Source of the DNA: Deltaproteobacteria bacterium
GTDB lineage: Bacteria; Desulfobacterota; Dissulfuribacteria; Dissulfuribacterales; UBA3076
Reading direction: 5' to 3'
NCBI GenBank assembly: GCA_030262715.1
Contig: JAJSZR010000003.1
Coordinates: 1 to 53,926 of the forward strand
DNA: 53,926 bases
Numbering within the stretch: the stretch's first letter is position 1; each line of letters begins with the position of its first letter. The notes beneath the pieces are model-generated. The model ran no database searches and was not told the origin of the DNA. It saw nothing but the letters and a program-made list of their open reading frames with translations. Both the position numbers and the translations under genes were made by a program. This document shows, piece by piece, positions 44,406 through 53,557 of this stretch.

Positions 44406-45498
44406 AGGCCTCGGGTCCGTATCCCCTATCGTACTTGATCCTCACGGTTCTCTTGTGTCGATGAGAGACATGGGCGGCAGCTATAACCAGCATGGTCTCA
44501 AGCCCTCTCTCAAGCGATATGGGAGCGTCCTCTGGATCCCCCCCGTTCAGGATAGCTTCAATAAAGTCTATCTCTCCTTTGAAGTCGTCGGGACGCGTTT
44601 TTTGAATCGTTTCCTCTATAACCTCTCCTTTTCCATCCCGGTAACACACGGCATCATGTCCGCCATCAAGATTGACAAACCATTCAAGAAAACCGTTGGA
44701 GCCTTGAATTCGCACCTTTTTTTGCGGGGGCTCAGTAACCACATCCTGGGCGATATCTCCCACGAGACCAGCCTGGGTCTTGACATTCAGCAGACAAATC
44801 CGGTCATATTTAACAATACCATCTGTCACCATATCCATTGTGGAGGATACCTCAACGATCCTTCCGGCGTTAACAAGATGGGCAAACCGCTGCCAGATGT
44901 TTATGGCATGAGAATGTTCCCCACTAGCTCCACCTCCACGTTCAGAAAAACCGAGGTAGGTGTCCTTGGGACCGCTCAGCCATGGATGGGCGGTGAAAAT
45001 ACCGCCCCAATGTTCCCTGAAACAGGCGCTGATAGTGATGGGATCGCCAATCGTGTTTTTTGCAAGAATCCGGGCCGCGCGCCTGGAATTCTCGGTCAGG
45101 GTATGGTTATAACCGACTGCAACGAATGTTCCGGTGGCCTTTTTAAGGTCGACAATCCTCTGGACCTCCTCGAGAGAGGGCGTGCACAAAGGCTTCTCAA
45201 TAAGCAATACTTTCGGTGGGTTGTTTTCCAACACCCTGGTTGCCATACTAATATGGGTGTCTGGAGGGGTGCCTATGATGACCATGTCAAAACCCTCATC
45301 TGAGCCAGTATTTGCCCCTGAAAGGCGTATGTCCGGATCCCAGCGTCCGTAGCGGGACGGATATATGTCCTCGCGTGTTCGTTTCAGTGCATCAGGGTCG
45401 ATGTCACATATAAGAACATCCCACCCCTTGGTACGGCAGGCATGTGCCAAATGGTTGCCGATAGAACCGGCGCCGTAGATTTTTACGCTGTACATCAT
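44392..45498 (-). CDS. NAD(P)-binding Rossmann-fold oxidoreductase (Gfo/Idh/MocA-like)
   Basis: It has the N-terminal 'VKIYGAGSIGNHLAHA' dinucleotide-binding motif and 'LLIEKPL'. Confidence 0.65.
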   Translation of the reverse strand: MMYSVKIYGAGSIGNHLAHACRTKGWDVLICDIDPDALKRTREDIYPSRYGRWDPDIRLSGANTGSDEGFDMVIIGTPPDTHISMATRVLENNPPKVLLIEKPLCTPSLEEVQRIVDLKKATGTFVAVGYNHTLTENSRRAARILAKNTIGDPITISACFREHWGGIFTAHPWLSGPKDTYLGFSERGGGASGEHSHAINIWQRFAHLVNAGRIVEVSSTMDMVTDGIVKYDRICLLNVKTQAGLVGDIAQDVVTEPPQKKVRIQGSNGFLEWFVNLDGGHDAVCYRDGKGEVIEETIQKTRPDDFKGEIDFIEAILNGGDPEDAPISLERGLETMLVIAAAHVSHRHKRTVRIKYDRGYGPEAFEIS

Positions 45499-45506
45499 CT
45501 TCTCTC

Positions 45507-46874
45507 CTATCCGCTGATCCTGAATATATGCTTTGATATCTGTGTGACCTTGATGGTCTCGAAACGACTAAGCAGCCTTCCCATGCATTCGATCTTCCTC
45601 ATGATTTCCGGCACAGAAATATCCGGAAAGCGATAGGCATGGTAGGCTAGATTATTTCGATGCCCGGGTCGGTGCATATTGATACGTTTCGATATTGTCC
45701 GCAAGTGGTTTTGGATCCAGCCATGGGCATAAGCGTTCAATGATGTAGCCGGGGGTTGTCTCTTGTTATAGCCTCCGGCCTCCAGGACCTGGACAATCCG
45801 TTCCGCTGCCAAAGGGCCGTCAAGCGCCGCGATGTGCCGGTCCAATATCTTCCTACGCTCAGCATAATCAAGCGGCCCGAGTTTTCCTTTCACGATGGCA
45901 CGGACCGTCGTGCAGAGTTCATCGAGTGAGAAGACACACCGGCTCACCAAACCAGGCAATTCAAAGTCGAACATCTCTGATTGCACTGGCTGGTAATTCA
46001 CAGTCGGCGTGCCGAGCACCGCGGCCTCCACTTGGGTCGTACAGCCATTCGCAATCAATGCCTGTGCTGCCATCAGCCACGGAATGACGCTCCCATCGTT
46101 TGCTATGTGCAGATTGTCACACCGTGCAGCTATGGCATGCCATGGGCCTTGGTTCTCAGCCGGGTGAGGCCGGACGACCACATTAGAGCTGCCCAGCGAC
46201 TCACACAGTGGCGGGAGCATTTCCTGAAAGTGGGTAAAGAGGGCGAGTTTATGCCGGCCCTTACCGATATCAAATTGATTTGCCGCATCGGTGCCCTCTT
46301 TTGCCATTGCCTTCTTAAGTTCACTGAGCTCCGGGTAAAAATGGTTCACCTTGCTAAAGTTTGTGTTGACCAGCACGAAGTCACCGAACCGTTCACGAAT
46401 CGCATCTGCGTCTGACCGGTAAAACTCACGAAGCTCCGGCCGCATCAAGTCGACGCGGGGATTTCCGGTAATATGGATTTCCGCGCCTTGATAGCCGGGA
46501 TATTTGCGGAAGGTGTGCGCGTCATCGGGGCCCCACGCAATCAGGTGGGAGACTTGCCGCATAGTGATAGGTGACAGTCGCCACCGGTAATATTCAGGGT
46601 CTGGTTCACGCAGCAGGCCTTCCTCATCCCACGCAACGATTTCATGGCCAAGCTTGCGCAGGATGTCGAACATACGAATGCTTAACGAACGAATGCTCTT
46701 GGCAAGATAAACGCCCCTTGGAATCGAGTCTACCCGGAAATGGAGAAACGCCCGTGAGCCTATAATGACAGGAAAACCGCTCTCAACCGCAATACAACCC
46801 AAGAGAAGTTTGGCATCCATCTCCCGGACTTGTGTCTCTACCGGAATAATAAGGGTTGAAGGTGAAATGGTCAT
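45507..46874 (-). CDS. putative surface-carbohydrate biosynthesis protein (candidate nonulosonic-acid transferase), paralogue B
   Basis: 455 aa, collinear with 39915..41309 over the full length (see that feature). Confidence 0.5.
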   Translation of the reverse strand: MTISPSTLIIPVETQVREMDAKLLLGCIAVESGFPVIIGSRAFLHFRVDSIPRGVYLAKSIRSLSIRMFDILRKLGHEIVAWDEEGLLREPDPEYYRWRLSPITMRQVSHLIAWGPDDAHTFRKYPGYQGAEIHITGNPRVDLMRPELREFYRSDADAIRERFGDFVLVNTNFSKVNHFYPELSELKKAMAKEGTDAANQFDIGKGRHKLALFTHFQEMLPPLCESLGSSNVVVRPHPAENQGPWHAIAARCDNLHIANDGSVIPWLMAAQALIANGCTTQVEAAVLGTPTVNYQPVQSEMFDFELPGLVSRCVFSLDELCTTVRAIVKGKLGPLDYAERRKILDRHIAALDGPLAAERIVQVLEAGGYNKRQPPATSLNAYAHGWIQNHLRTISKRINMHRPGHRNNLAYHAYRFPDISVPEIMRKIECMGRLLSRFETIKVTQISKHIFRISG

Positions 46875-46885
46875 AACACCTGCTT

Positions 46886-47944
46886 TTAATCCCTGCGAAC
46901 TGCCAAGGCCTCCCAGCGCTTGGCAAACGCATCAAAGAGTTGATCATTGGTGGAAATAGCGCCAATCTCATGATTGAGCCAATAAGATCGGGCTGTCCAG
47001 TTAAAGCTGCCGAACATAACCCAGCGCCGGCCATCCTTCTCCGCAAGCACGAACTTGTTGTGCATCGGGAGGCCCTTAGGATGAATGACGCGCCGGAACA
47101 GAATCCCGGCTTGAATCAGCATCCGCTCTACCTTCACAGGAACCCGCCTCAGGGTTGGTTCAGCCAATATCTTTACTGTTGCGCCACTGTGGACAAGTCG
47201 TATCAAGGCCTTGACGATTGGCGCCCCTTTGATGTGTGACGCAGCAATTCGTATCCGCGCGCCCGCTCCAAGCCGTGAGAGAAACCGTATTACAGGATGC
47301 GGCCGTATCCGCGGCCAGAAATAGATATCGGTGTCCTTCCCTTTCACCGCTTTGTTTGCGGTCAGGGAAAAACGATAGAACATGATACGTTTCGTCTGGT
47401 GGATCCACCGGGCATGTTCAACCAGCCCTTTAACCAGCCTGGGGTCATCAAGCCCAACCAGGACATTGTGACCATGATCTTGGTCACCGATTTCAGATAT
47501 GATAGCCGGGTCATCCCCGGGACTATTTCCAGACGGGTTAAAGGAACCGATAAAGGCAATCGGCCTCGGGTGGGAAAAGCAATAGAGCTTTTCATGCAAA
47601 TGCGGTTTCCAAACTATCCCGGGAGGGGTTGGCACCCGCTGCAGGGACACGGTACGAAACCCTTCGCCTAAACCATTCGAGCCAGACAACATTCCAATTA
47701 CATCCTCATTGGCATGCGCTGTTCGAGGATGACGCTCCAGGGTCACAGTAACCTTGATGCCTTGCCGGTGGGCACGGAGTAATTCCTCGGCCAGCATCCG
47801 GTCACGAAAGTAGTATGTTACCCAATCAATGGTCCCGCCGGGCGGCACCGCAGCGATACGTTCCGCCAGGAGGTCACGCAAGCGGTATGCCGGCATATCA
47901 GGGCCGCCGAAATGGACCTCGCAATTTCCAATGTCCCTTGTCAT
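46886..47944 (-). CDS. phospholipase D-superfamily (two HKD-type motifs) protein
   Basis: Motif 1 is 'HLHEKLYCFS...FIGSFNPS'. Motif 2 is 'MHNKFVLAEKDGRRWVMFGSFNWT'. Confidence 0.7.
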   Translation of the reverse strand: MTRDIGNCEVHFGGPDMPAYRLRDLLAERIAAVPPGGTIDWVTYYFRDRMLAEELLRAHRQGIKVTVTLERHPRTAHANEDVIGMLSGSNGLGEGFRTVSLQRVPTPPGIVWKPHLHEKLYCFSHPRPIAFIGSFNPSGNSPGDDPAIISEIGDQDHGHNVLVGLDDPRLVKGLVEHARWIHQTKRIMFYRFSLTANKAVKGKDTDIYFWPRIRPHPVIRFLSRLGAGARIRIAASHIKGAPIVKALIRLVHSGATVKILAEPTLRRVPVKVERMLIQAGILFRRVIHPKGLPMHNKFVLAEKDGRRWVMFGSFNWTARSYWLNHEIGAISTNDQLFDAFAKRWEALAVRRD

Positions 47945-48290
47945 GAAAGAGCCTTTTCATCCTGCAGGTGGTATGCCCAATCCGCCGCAGTGGTTTTCCC
48001 CGCTCCTGAGTACCTATAATGGCAGTAAAAACCTGTCGGGAACTCAAGAGATGCGTCTTGCAGCACCCACGAGTCTCCATAATTCTCTCGATATCACTTA
48101 ACATTGTTTAGAGTTGAGGTAGGGTACTGTATACTCAAGATTGGACGGTATTACCAGTTCCCTAATACCTCTACAAGCACACTTACCAAAACAGGCATTT
48201 CCAAATATCGGGAGAGATGTGTTTTTGCCTCATGTATATTGACCTTGATCATGTATAATAATTAAGTCGTAAAGTGAACCAGGCCTCGGT

Positions 48291-49565
48291 GTGACTATGC
48301 CTAAAAGAATCGCCTGGCTTGTTCTACTTGCTGCCATTTCGGCCATATGCTGCTGCGGCCCAAGGAAGGACGCGGTTGTCTTCTCCGTGGGTGGCGCGCC
48401 TGCTGAACTGGCCTTCTGGGAAGAGCTCATCCAGGATTTTGAGAAGCAGTCCGGAATTCCGGTCGAGCTATTGCGACAGCCCACTGACACAGACCAGAGG
48501 CGGCAGGGGCTGGTCGTCGCCCTGAGCGCCGGCAAGAGCAACCCTGATGTGTTCCTATTGGACGTGGCATGGCTTGGGTTGTTTACCGCCTCAGAATGGC
48601 TGGAGCCGCTCGGAAGCGATATTGACCAGAGCCCCTTTTTTGCCAGGGTCCTCCAACTGGCCGATATCTACCAGGGAAAGCTCACGGCGCTGCCCGTTTA
48701 CCTGGACGGCGGGCTTTTATACTACCGCAAGGACCTCTTCGAACAGTTCGACCTGCCGGGTCCGCCCAGGACCTGGGAGGAGCTTCTCTCCCATGCCCGA
48801 ACGGTCCAAAGCAAGATGCGCAAAATCAATCCGGACTTTTACGGTTTTGTCTGGCAGGGGGCCCAATATGAAGGGCTTATCTGTAACTTCCTGGAATTCG
48901 CCGGCTCAAACGGCGGGTTCATCAATCAAGAAAATCGGATTTGCCTCAACACCCCTGAAAACCGCAGAGCACTGGCCTTTATGCATGATCTCATCTGGAC
49001 GCACGGCATCTCGCCGCCAAGCACCTACACTGAAATGAAAGAGGAAGAGACCCGCACCTACTTCCAGGCAGGCAACGCCTTGTTCGAGCGCAACTGGCCG
49101 TATGCCTGGGCGCTGCATCAAGGCCCGGAATCAGAGGTCCGGGGCAAGATCGCAGTCGCGCCGCTTCCAGCGCTGCATGATGGTGAGAGTGTCTCCACGC
49201 TGGGTGGTTGGCATATCGGCATCTCAAAATTCTCCGATGTCAGGCCCAAGGCCCTAAAGCTCGTAGAATTCATCACTTCGTACGAAACGCAAAAGAAGCT
49301 TCTTCTGCATCTCGGCTGGAATCCGGGCCGCAAAGACCTTTACTCCGACCCGGAAGTGCTTGAAGTAGCGCCGCACTTAAGGCAGTTGAGAGCTGTTTTT
49401 CAAAACGCCAGGCCAAGACCCATCCTGCCGTACTACACCCAGATCTCGGAGATCGTCCAGCCTCGCATAAACGGCGTACTGGCCGGGAAATATGCGCCTG
49501 AAGAGGCGCTTGCCGCAGCCGAGCAGGAGATTGCAGCCCTCCTGGAGCGCTATGGTACCAGATGA
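48291..49565 (+). CDS. sugar ABC transporter substrate-binding lipoprotein (family 1 solute-binding protein)
   Basis: The lipoprotein signal is 'LVLLAAISAICCCG'. 'YLDGGLLYYRKDLF' and 'GFVWQGAQYEGL' are typical of maltose/trehalose-type binding proteins. The ATG at 48297 is a likely alternative to the GTG at 48291. Confidence 0.85.
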   Translation: MTMPKRIAWLVLLAAISAICCCGPRKDAVVFSVGGAPAELAFWEELIQDFEKQSGIPVELLRQPTDTDQRRQGLVVALSAGKSNPDVFLLDVAWLGLFTASEWLEPLGSDIDQSPFFARVLQLADIYQGKLTALPVYLDGGLLYYRKDLFEQFDLPGPPRTWEELLSHARTVQSKMRKINPDFYGFVWQGAQYEGLICNFLEFAGSNGGFINQENRICLNTPENRRALAFMHDLIWTHGISPPSTYTEMKEEETRTYFQAGNALFERNWPYAWALHQGPESEVRGKIAVAPLPALHDGESVSTLGGWHIGISKFSDVRPKALKLVEFITSYETQKKLLLHLGWNPGRKDLYSDPEVLEVAPHLRQLRAVFQNARPRPILPYYTQISEIVQPRINGVLAGKYAPEEALAAAEQEIAALLERYGTR

Positions 49566-50497
49566 AGACAGAGCGCCTTAAGAAACCCTTATTCCACCTG
49601 CCGGGCAACCTAGCCCGGATGCCTGCACTGGACAGCGAGCGTTGGATTGCCTTTGGGTTCATGGTGCCGCTTCTTCTGTTCGTGGTGTTGTTCATTCTAA
49701 TTCCGGTCCTGGGCACACTGGTGGACAGTTTTTCCCTGGACGTCACCTATCTGCCAAAGAGATTCCTCGGTCTGGAGAATTATGACTGGCTTCTTCGCGA
49801 TCCGGGATTTTGGCAGTCGGTTCGGTTCACATGTCTTTTCGTGGTGGTCTCCGTGCCGCTTGAGATCGCGCTGGGACTCATGATCGCACTTGTGCTCAAT
49901 GAACAGTTACCCATGAGGGGGCTTTTGCGGGCCTGCGTCCTCATACCGTGGGCCATCCCGGCGGCTGTTTCCGGCCGGGTCTTCGAGCTGATTTACAATT
50001 ACAGTTTCGGTGCGGCCAATTATCTGTTCCGCGTGCTGCATCTGACAGATGGGCCGGTCAACTGGCTAGGGAGCGAGGCCGGGGCCTTCCTTGCCCTGGT
50101 GGTGGCAGATAGCTGGAAGACCACGCCGTTTGCGGCCATTATCCTGCTGGCCGGTCTTTCTTCCATCCCGGACGATCTATACCGCCAGGCCAAGGTCGAC
50201 CGGGCCACCTTTATACAAAGGTTCACTAGAATCACTCTGCCCCTACTCAAACCTGTGCTGATCGTGACGTTACTTTTTCGCACCATAGATGCGCTTCGCG
50301 TATTTGACGTGATTTATGTCCTGACAGGCGGCGGTCCGGGTGGAACCACCACATCGCTTTCGCTCTTCGGGTATCATTATTTTTCAGCAGGCGATTTTGG
50401 CTACGGGTCTGCAGCGAGCGTGATATTGTTCCTCCTGGCCTTTGCCTTATCAATAATTTACATCAGGCTGGGGCATTTCGAGCAGGAAGTGGCATGA
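49562..50497 (+). CDS. sugar ABC transporter permease (MalF/ThuF-like)
   Basis: It has six predicted TM segments and the EAA loop 'IPDDLYRQAKVDRATFIQRFTRITLPLLKP'. It overlaps the neighbouring genes (ATGA). Confidence 0.9.
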   Translation: MKTERLKKPLFHLPGNLARMPALDSERWIAFGFMVPLLLFVVLFILIPVLGTLVDSFSLDVTYLPKRFLGLENYDWLLRDPGFWQSVRFTCLFVVVSVPLEIALGLMIALVLNEQLPMRGLLRACVLIPWAIPAAVSGRVFELIYNYSFGAANYLFRVLHLTDGPVNWLGSEAGAFLALVVADSWKTTPFAAIILLAGLSSIPDDLYRQAKVDRATFIQRFTRITLPLLKPVLIVTLLFRTIDALRVFDVIYVLTGGGPGGTTTSLSLFGYHYFSAGDFGYGSAASVILFLLAFALSIIYIRLGHFEQEVA

Positions 50498-51324
50498 AGG
50501 AAGATCGGTTCAAAAAGATATTACTGGCACTCGGCGCCCTGCTGACGGTTCTCTTTTGTCTGTCACCGTTCTTTTACATGGCGCTTACAGGCCTGAGCCT
50601 GCATCCGGACTTTCTTTTGCCTGACAGGCCCTTGTGTATCACCCTTTCACATTTTCACACAGTGGTGGCCTCGGATTCAGTGCATTTTTTAGCGTTCCTG
50701 CGAAACAGTCTGATCATTTCAACAGCAAGCGCGGTCATTTGCGTGTTCATCGCCTCCCTGGCAGCTTACGCCATAACCCGCCTTCCTGTTCCCGGAAAGG
50801 TATTCCTGATGTTCCTGATACTGGCTGTATCCATGTTCCCGCCGGTGAGTCTGGTCAGTTATCTCTTCAAGCTCATGTCTGCGCTCGGCTGGATTAACAC
50901 TTATCAGGGCCTGATCTTCCCTTATGTGGCCTGGACATTGCCCCTTTCGCTGTGGATTCTTATGAGCTATTTTGCACAGGTCCCGAAGGATCTGGACAGG
51001 GCCGGGCTTATCGACGGTTGCTCAAGGCTGCAGATCCTGGTCAAGATCATCTTTCCGGTTGCAGCTCCGGGTATTTTTTCCACAATGCTTTTGGCATTCA
51101 TTTTTGCGTTTAATGAGTTTCTATTTGCCCTGATGCTTACTACGGATCATTCCGCAAGGACGGTTCCGGTGGGTATCGCACTGTTCGAGGGACTGTACGG
51201 TCAGATCCCCTGGGGCGAAATCATGGCAGCAGCAACAATCACCACCATTCCAGTGGTGATCCTGACCCTGATTTTTCAACGCCGCATCATTCAGGGTCTG
51301 ACACGAGGGGCGGTGAAGGGATGA
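50494..51324 (+). CDS. sugar ABC transporter permease (MalG/ThuG-like)
   Basis: The EAA loop is 'VPKDLDRAGLIDGCSRLQILVKIIFPVAAPG'. Confidence 0.9.
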   Translation: MKEDRFKKILLALGALLTVLFCLSPFFYMALTGLSLHPDFLLPDRPLCITLSHFHTVVASDSVHFLAFLRNSLIISTASAVICVFIASLAAYAITRLPVPGKVFLMFLILAVSMFPPVSLVSYLFKLMSALGWINTYQGLIFPYVAWTLPLSLWILMSYFAQVPKDLDRAGLIDGCSRLQILVKIIFPVAAPGIFSTMLLAFIFAFNEFLFALMLTTDHSARTVPVGIALFEGLYGQIPWGEIMAAATITTIPVVILTLIFQRRIIQGLTRGAVKG

Positions 51325-51330
51325 GTAGAG

Positions 51331-51572
51331 CCGTTCACGGCTTGAAACTTGAAATTGGAAAGTAGAAATTTGGGAGAAATGAAACGAGTTTACGAGTTGG
51401 ATGTTTACAAACTGGCAGAAGAGTTATCGGATATGGTCTGGCACGACTTTGATAAGTGGAACAAAAAGGTTCAGAATACCGTGGGCTATCAGATAATACG
51501 ATCATCAACAGTACAAAAGCATGAAGGCCAAATTTCCAATTTCTATTTTCTAATTTCAACGTTCCGTGAACG
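51331..51572. mobile_element. intergenic inverted-repeat element (MITE/IVS-like) carrying a truncated four-helix-bundle (23S rRNA IVS protein family) gene
   Basis: Termini are CCGTTCACGG (51331-51340) and CCGTGAACG (51564-51572). The 7-bp-periodic left arm is CTTGAAA CTTGAAA TTGGAAA GTAGAAA TTTGG (51341-51373). It pairs imperfectly with the right arm 51528-51559: 24 of 32 positions in the ungapped register by hand count. The interior encodes 'MKRVYELDVYKLAEELSDMVWHDFDKWNKKVQNTVGYQIIRSS', about 45 aa of the family N-terminus, then breaks off. Confidence 0.65.
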
Positions 51573-51581
51573 TTTACAGGG

Positions 51582-52688
<1,107 letters not shown>

Positions 52689-52954
52689 TAACGGGGACGA
52701 AAGAAGCATTAGCCCTAAGCCTTGACGCCGAAAGAGAAGCCAAGACACGAGCAAGGCATCCCAAAGGTAGAGATAGGATGCAGGAATCCCTCACCGGGAT
52801 TTTGAAAGCTTGCCTCCTGCGACAGCCCTGGTTTAAATTTAATATTACTAATTAGAAAAATTATAAAAAATCAAAATGGTTTTTCAAAAATGTTTTTAGA
52901 TCTGATATTTAGCCAGAAACTTTAGACTAACTGGCCAGAATTTTAGGAATCGCC

Positions 52955-53557
52955 ATGATAGAAACATCACCAAAACCAATTCGCGGGGAATGGACTTCCG
53001 GGTACGCTTTGGACTTCCATACACTGAGCAGCGAATATATCGGTGATAACGAATATGGCCGCCCCCAGTTCGACACCAAGCATAGTGACATGGGAAAATT
53101 GCTGTATCGACTGAAATATAAATCGGACAAATCAGTTCTTAAAATCATCGTTGACACTGTTACTGAATTCCTCAGCAGCCGCGACTGGCCAGTAGATCTA
53201 ATCATTCCTGTACCCCATCCCGCGTAGGGCGTTCTTTCCAACCTGTGACGGCTGTCGCAAAAGGCATCTCTGGAGTTGTCGGCATACAACTATGTACGGA
53301 CTGCGTTGTTAAGGTCAAGGAAACTACGGAGCTTAAGAACGTGTATGAGTTTGAGAATCGAATGGAGATCCTCAAAGGTGCATACGCTGTTGTTAAGCGC
53401 GAGGTGGCAGGAGGTGGCAGGACGAAACGTCCTTCTTATCGACGACCTCTATCGATCTGGAGCGACTCTTAACGCCGTAACTGTGGCACTGAAAGACAAG
53501 GGAAAAGCAAAAGAAGTATATGTCCTCACACTCACAATGACTCGGAGGAAACGATGA
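52955..53557 (+). pseudogene. ComF-like phosphoribosyltransferase (PRTase), disrupted by two frameshifts
   Basis: Three fragments lie in frames 2/1/2. They read '...DLIIPVPHPA*' (stop at 53225-53227), then 'PSRVGRSFQPVTAVAKGIS...VKREVAGG', then 'GRNVLLIDDLYRSGATLNAV' (PRPP-binding loop). The second shift coincides with a 10-bp tandem duplication. Removing one copy restores 'KREVAGRNVLLIDDLYRSGATLN' in frame. Confidence 0.7.
53401..53420 (+). repeat. 10-bp perfect tandem duplication (GAGGTGGCAG x2) causing a frameshift
   Basis: Read directly at 53401-53410 and 53411-53420. Confidence 0.9.

Noticed and set aside
44311-45303. 330-aa ORF on the plus strand
   Set aside because: It is antisense to the Rossmann oxidoreductase and the start of the NeuB-like gene. 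It has no recognisable motifs, and the minus-strand genes form a tight operon.
48236-48270. Sigma-70 promoter (TTGACC ... TATAAT-like) upstream of the ABC transporter
   Set aside because: The TATAAT-like hexamer is only about 9 nt from the TTGACC, and other spacings give poor -10 hexamers. It cannot be supported without start-site data.
52776-52805. Rho-independent terminator after the ABC ATPase gene (GGAATCCC-TCAC-CGGGATTTT)
   Set aside because: The stem is only about 6-7 bp, it has a short T-run, and it lies about 90 nt past the stop. That is too weak to call.
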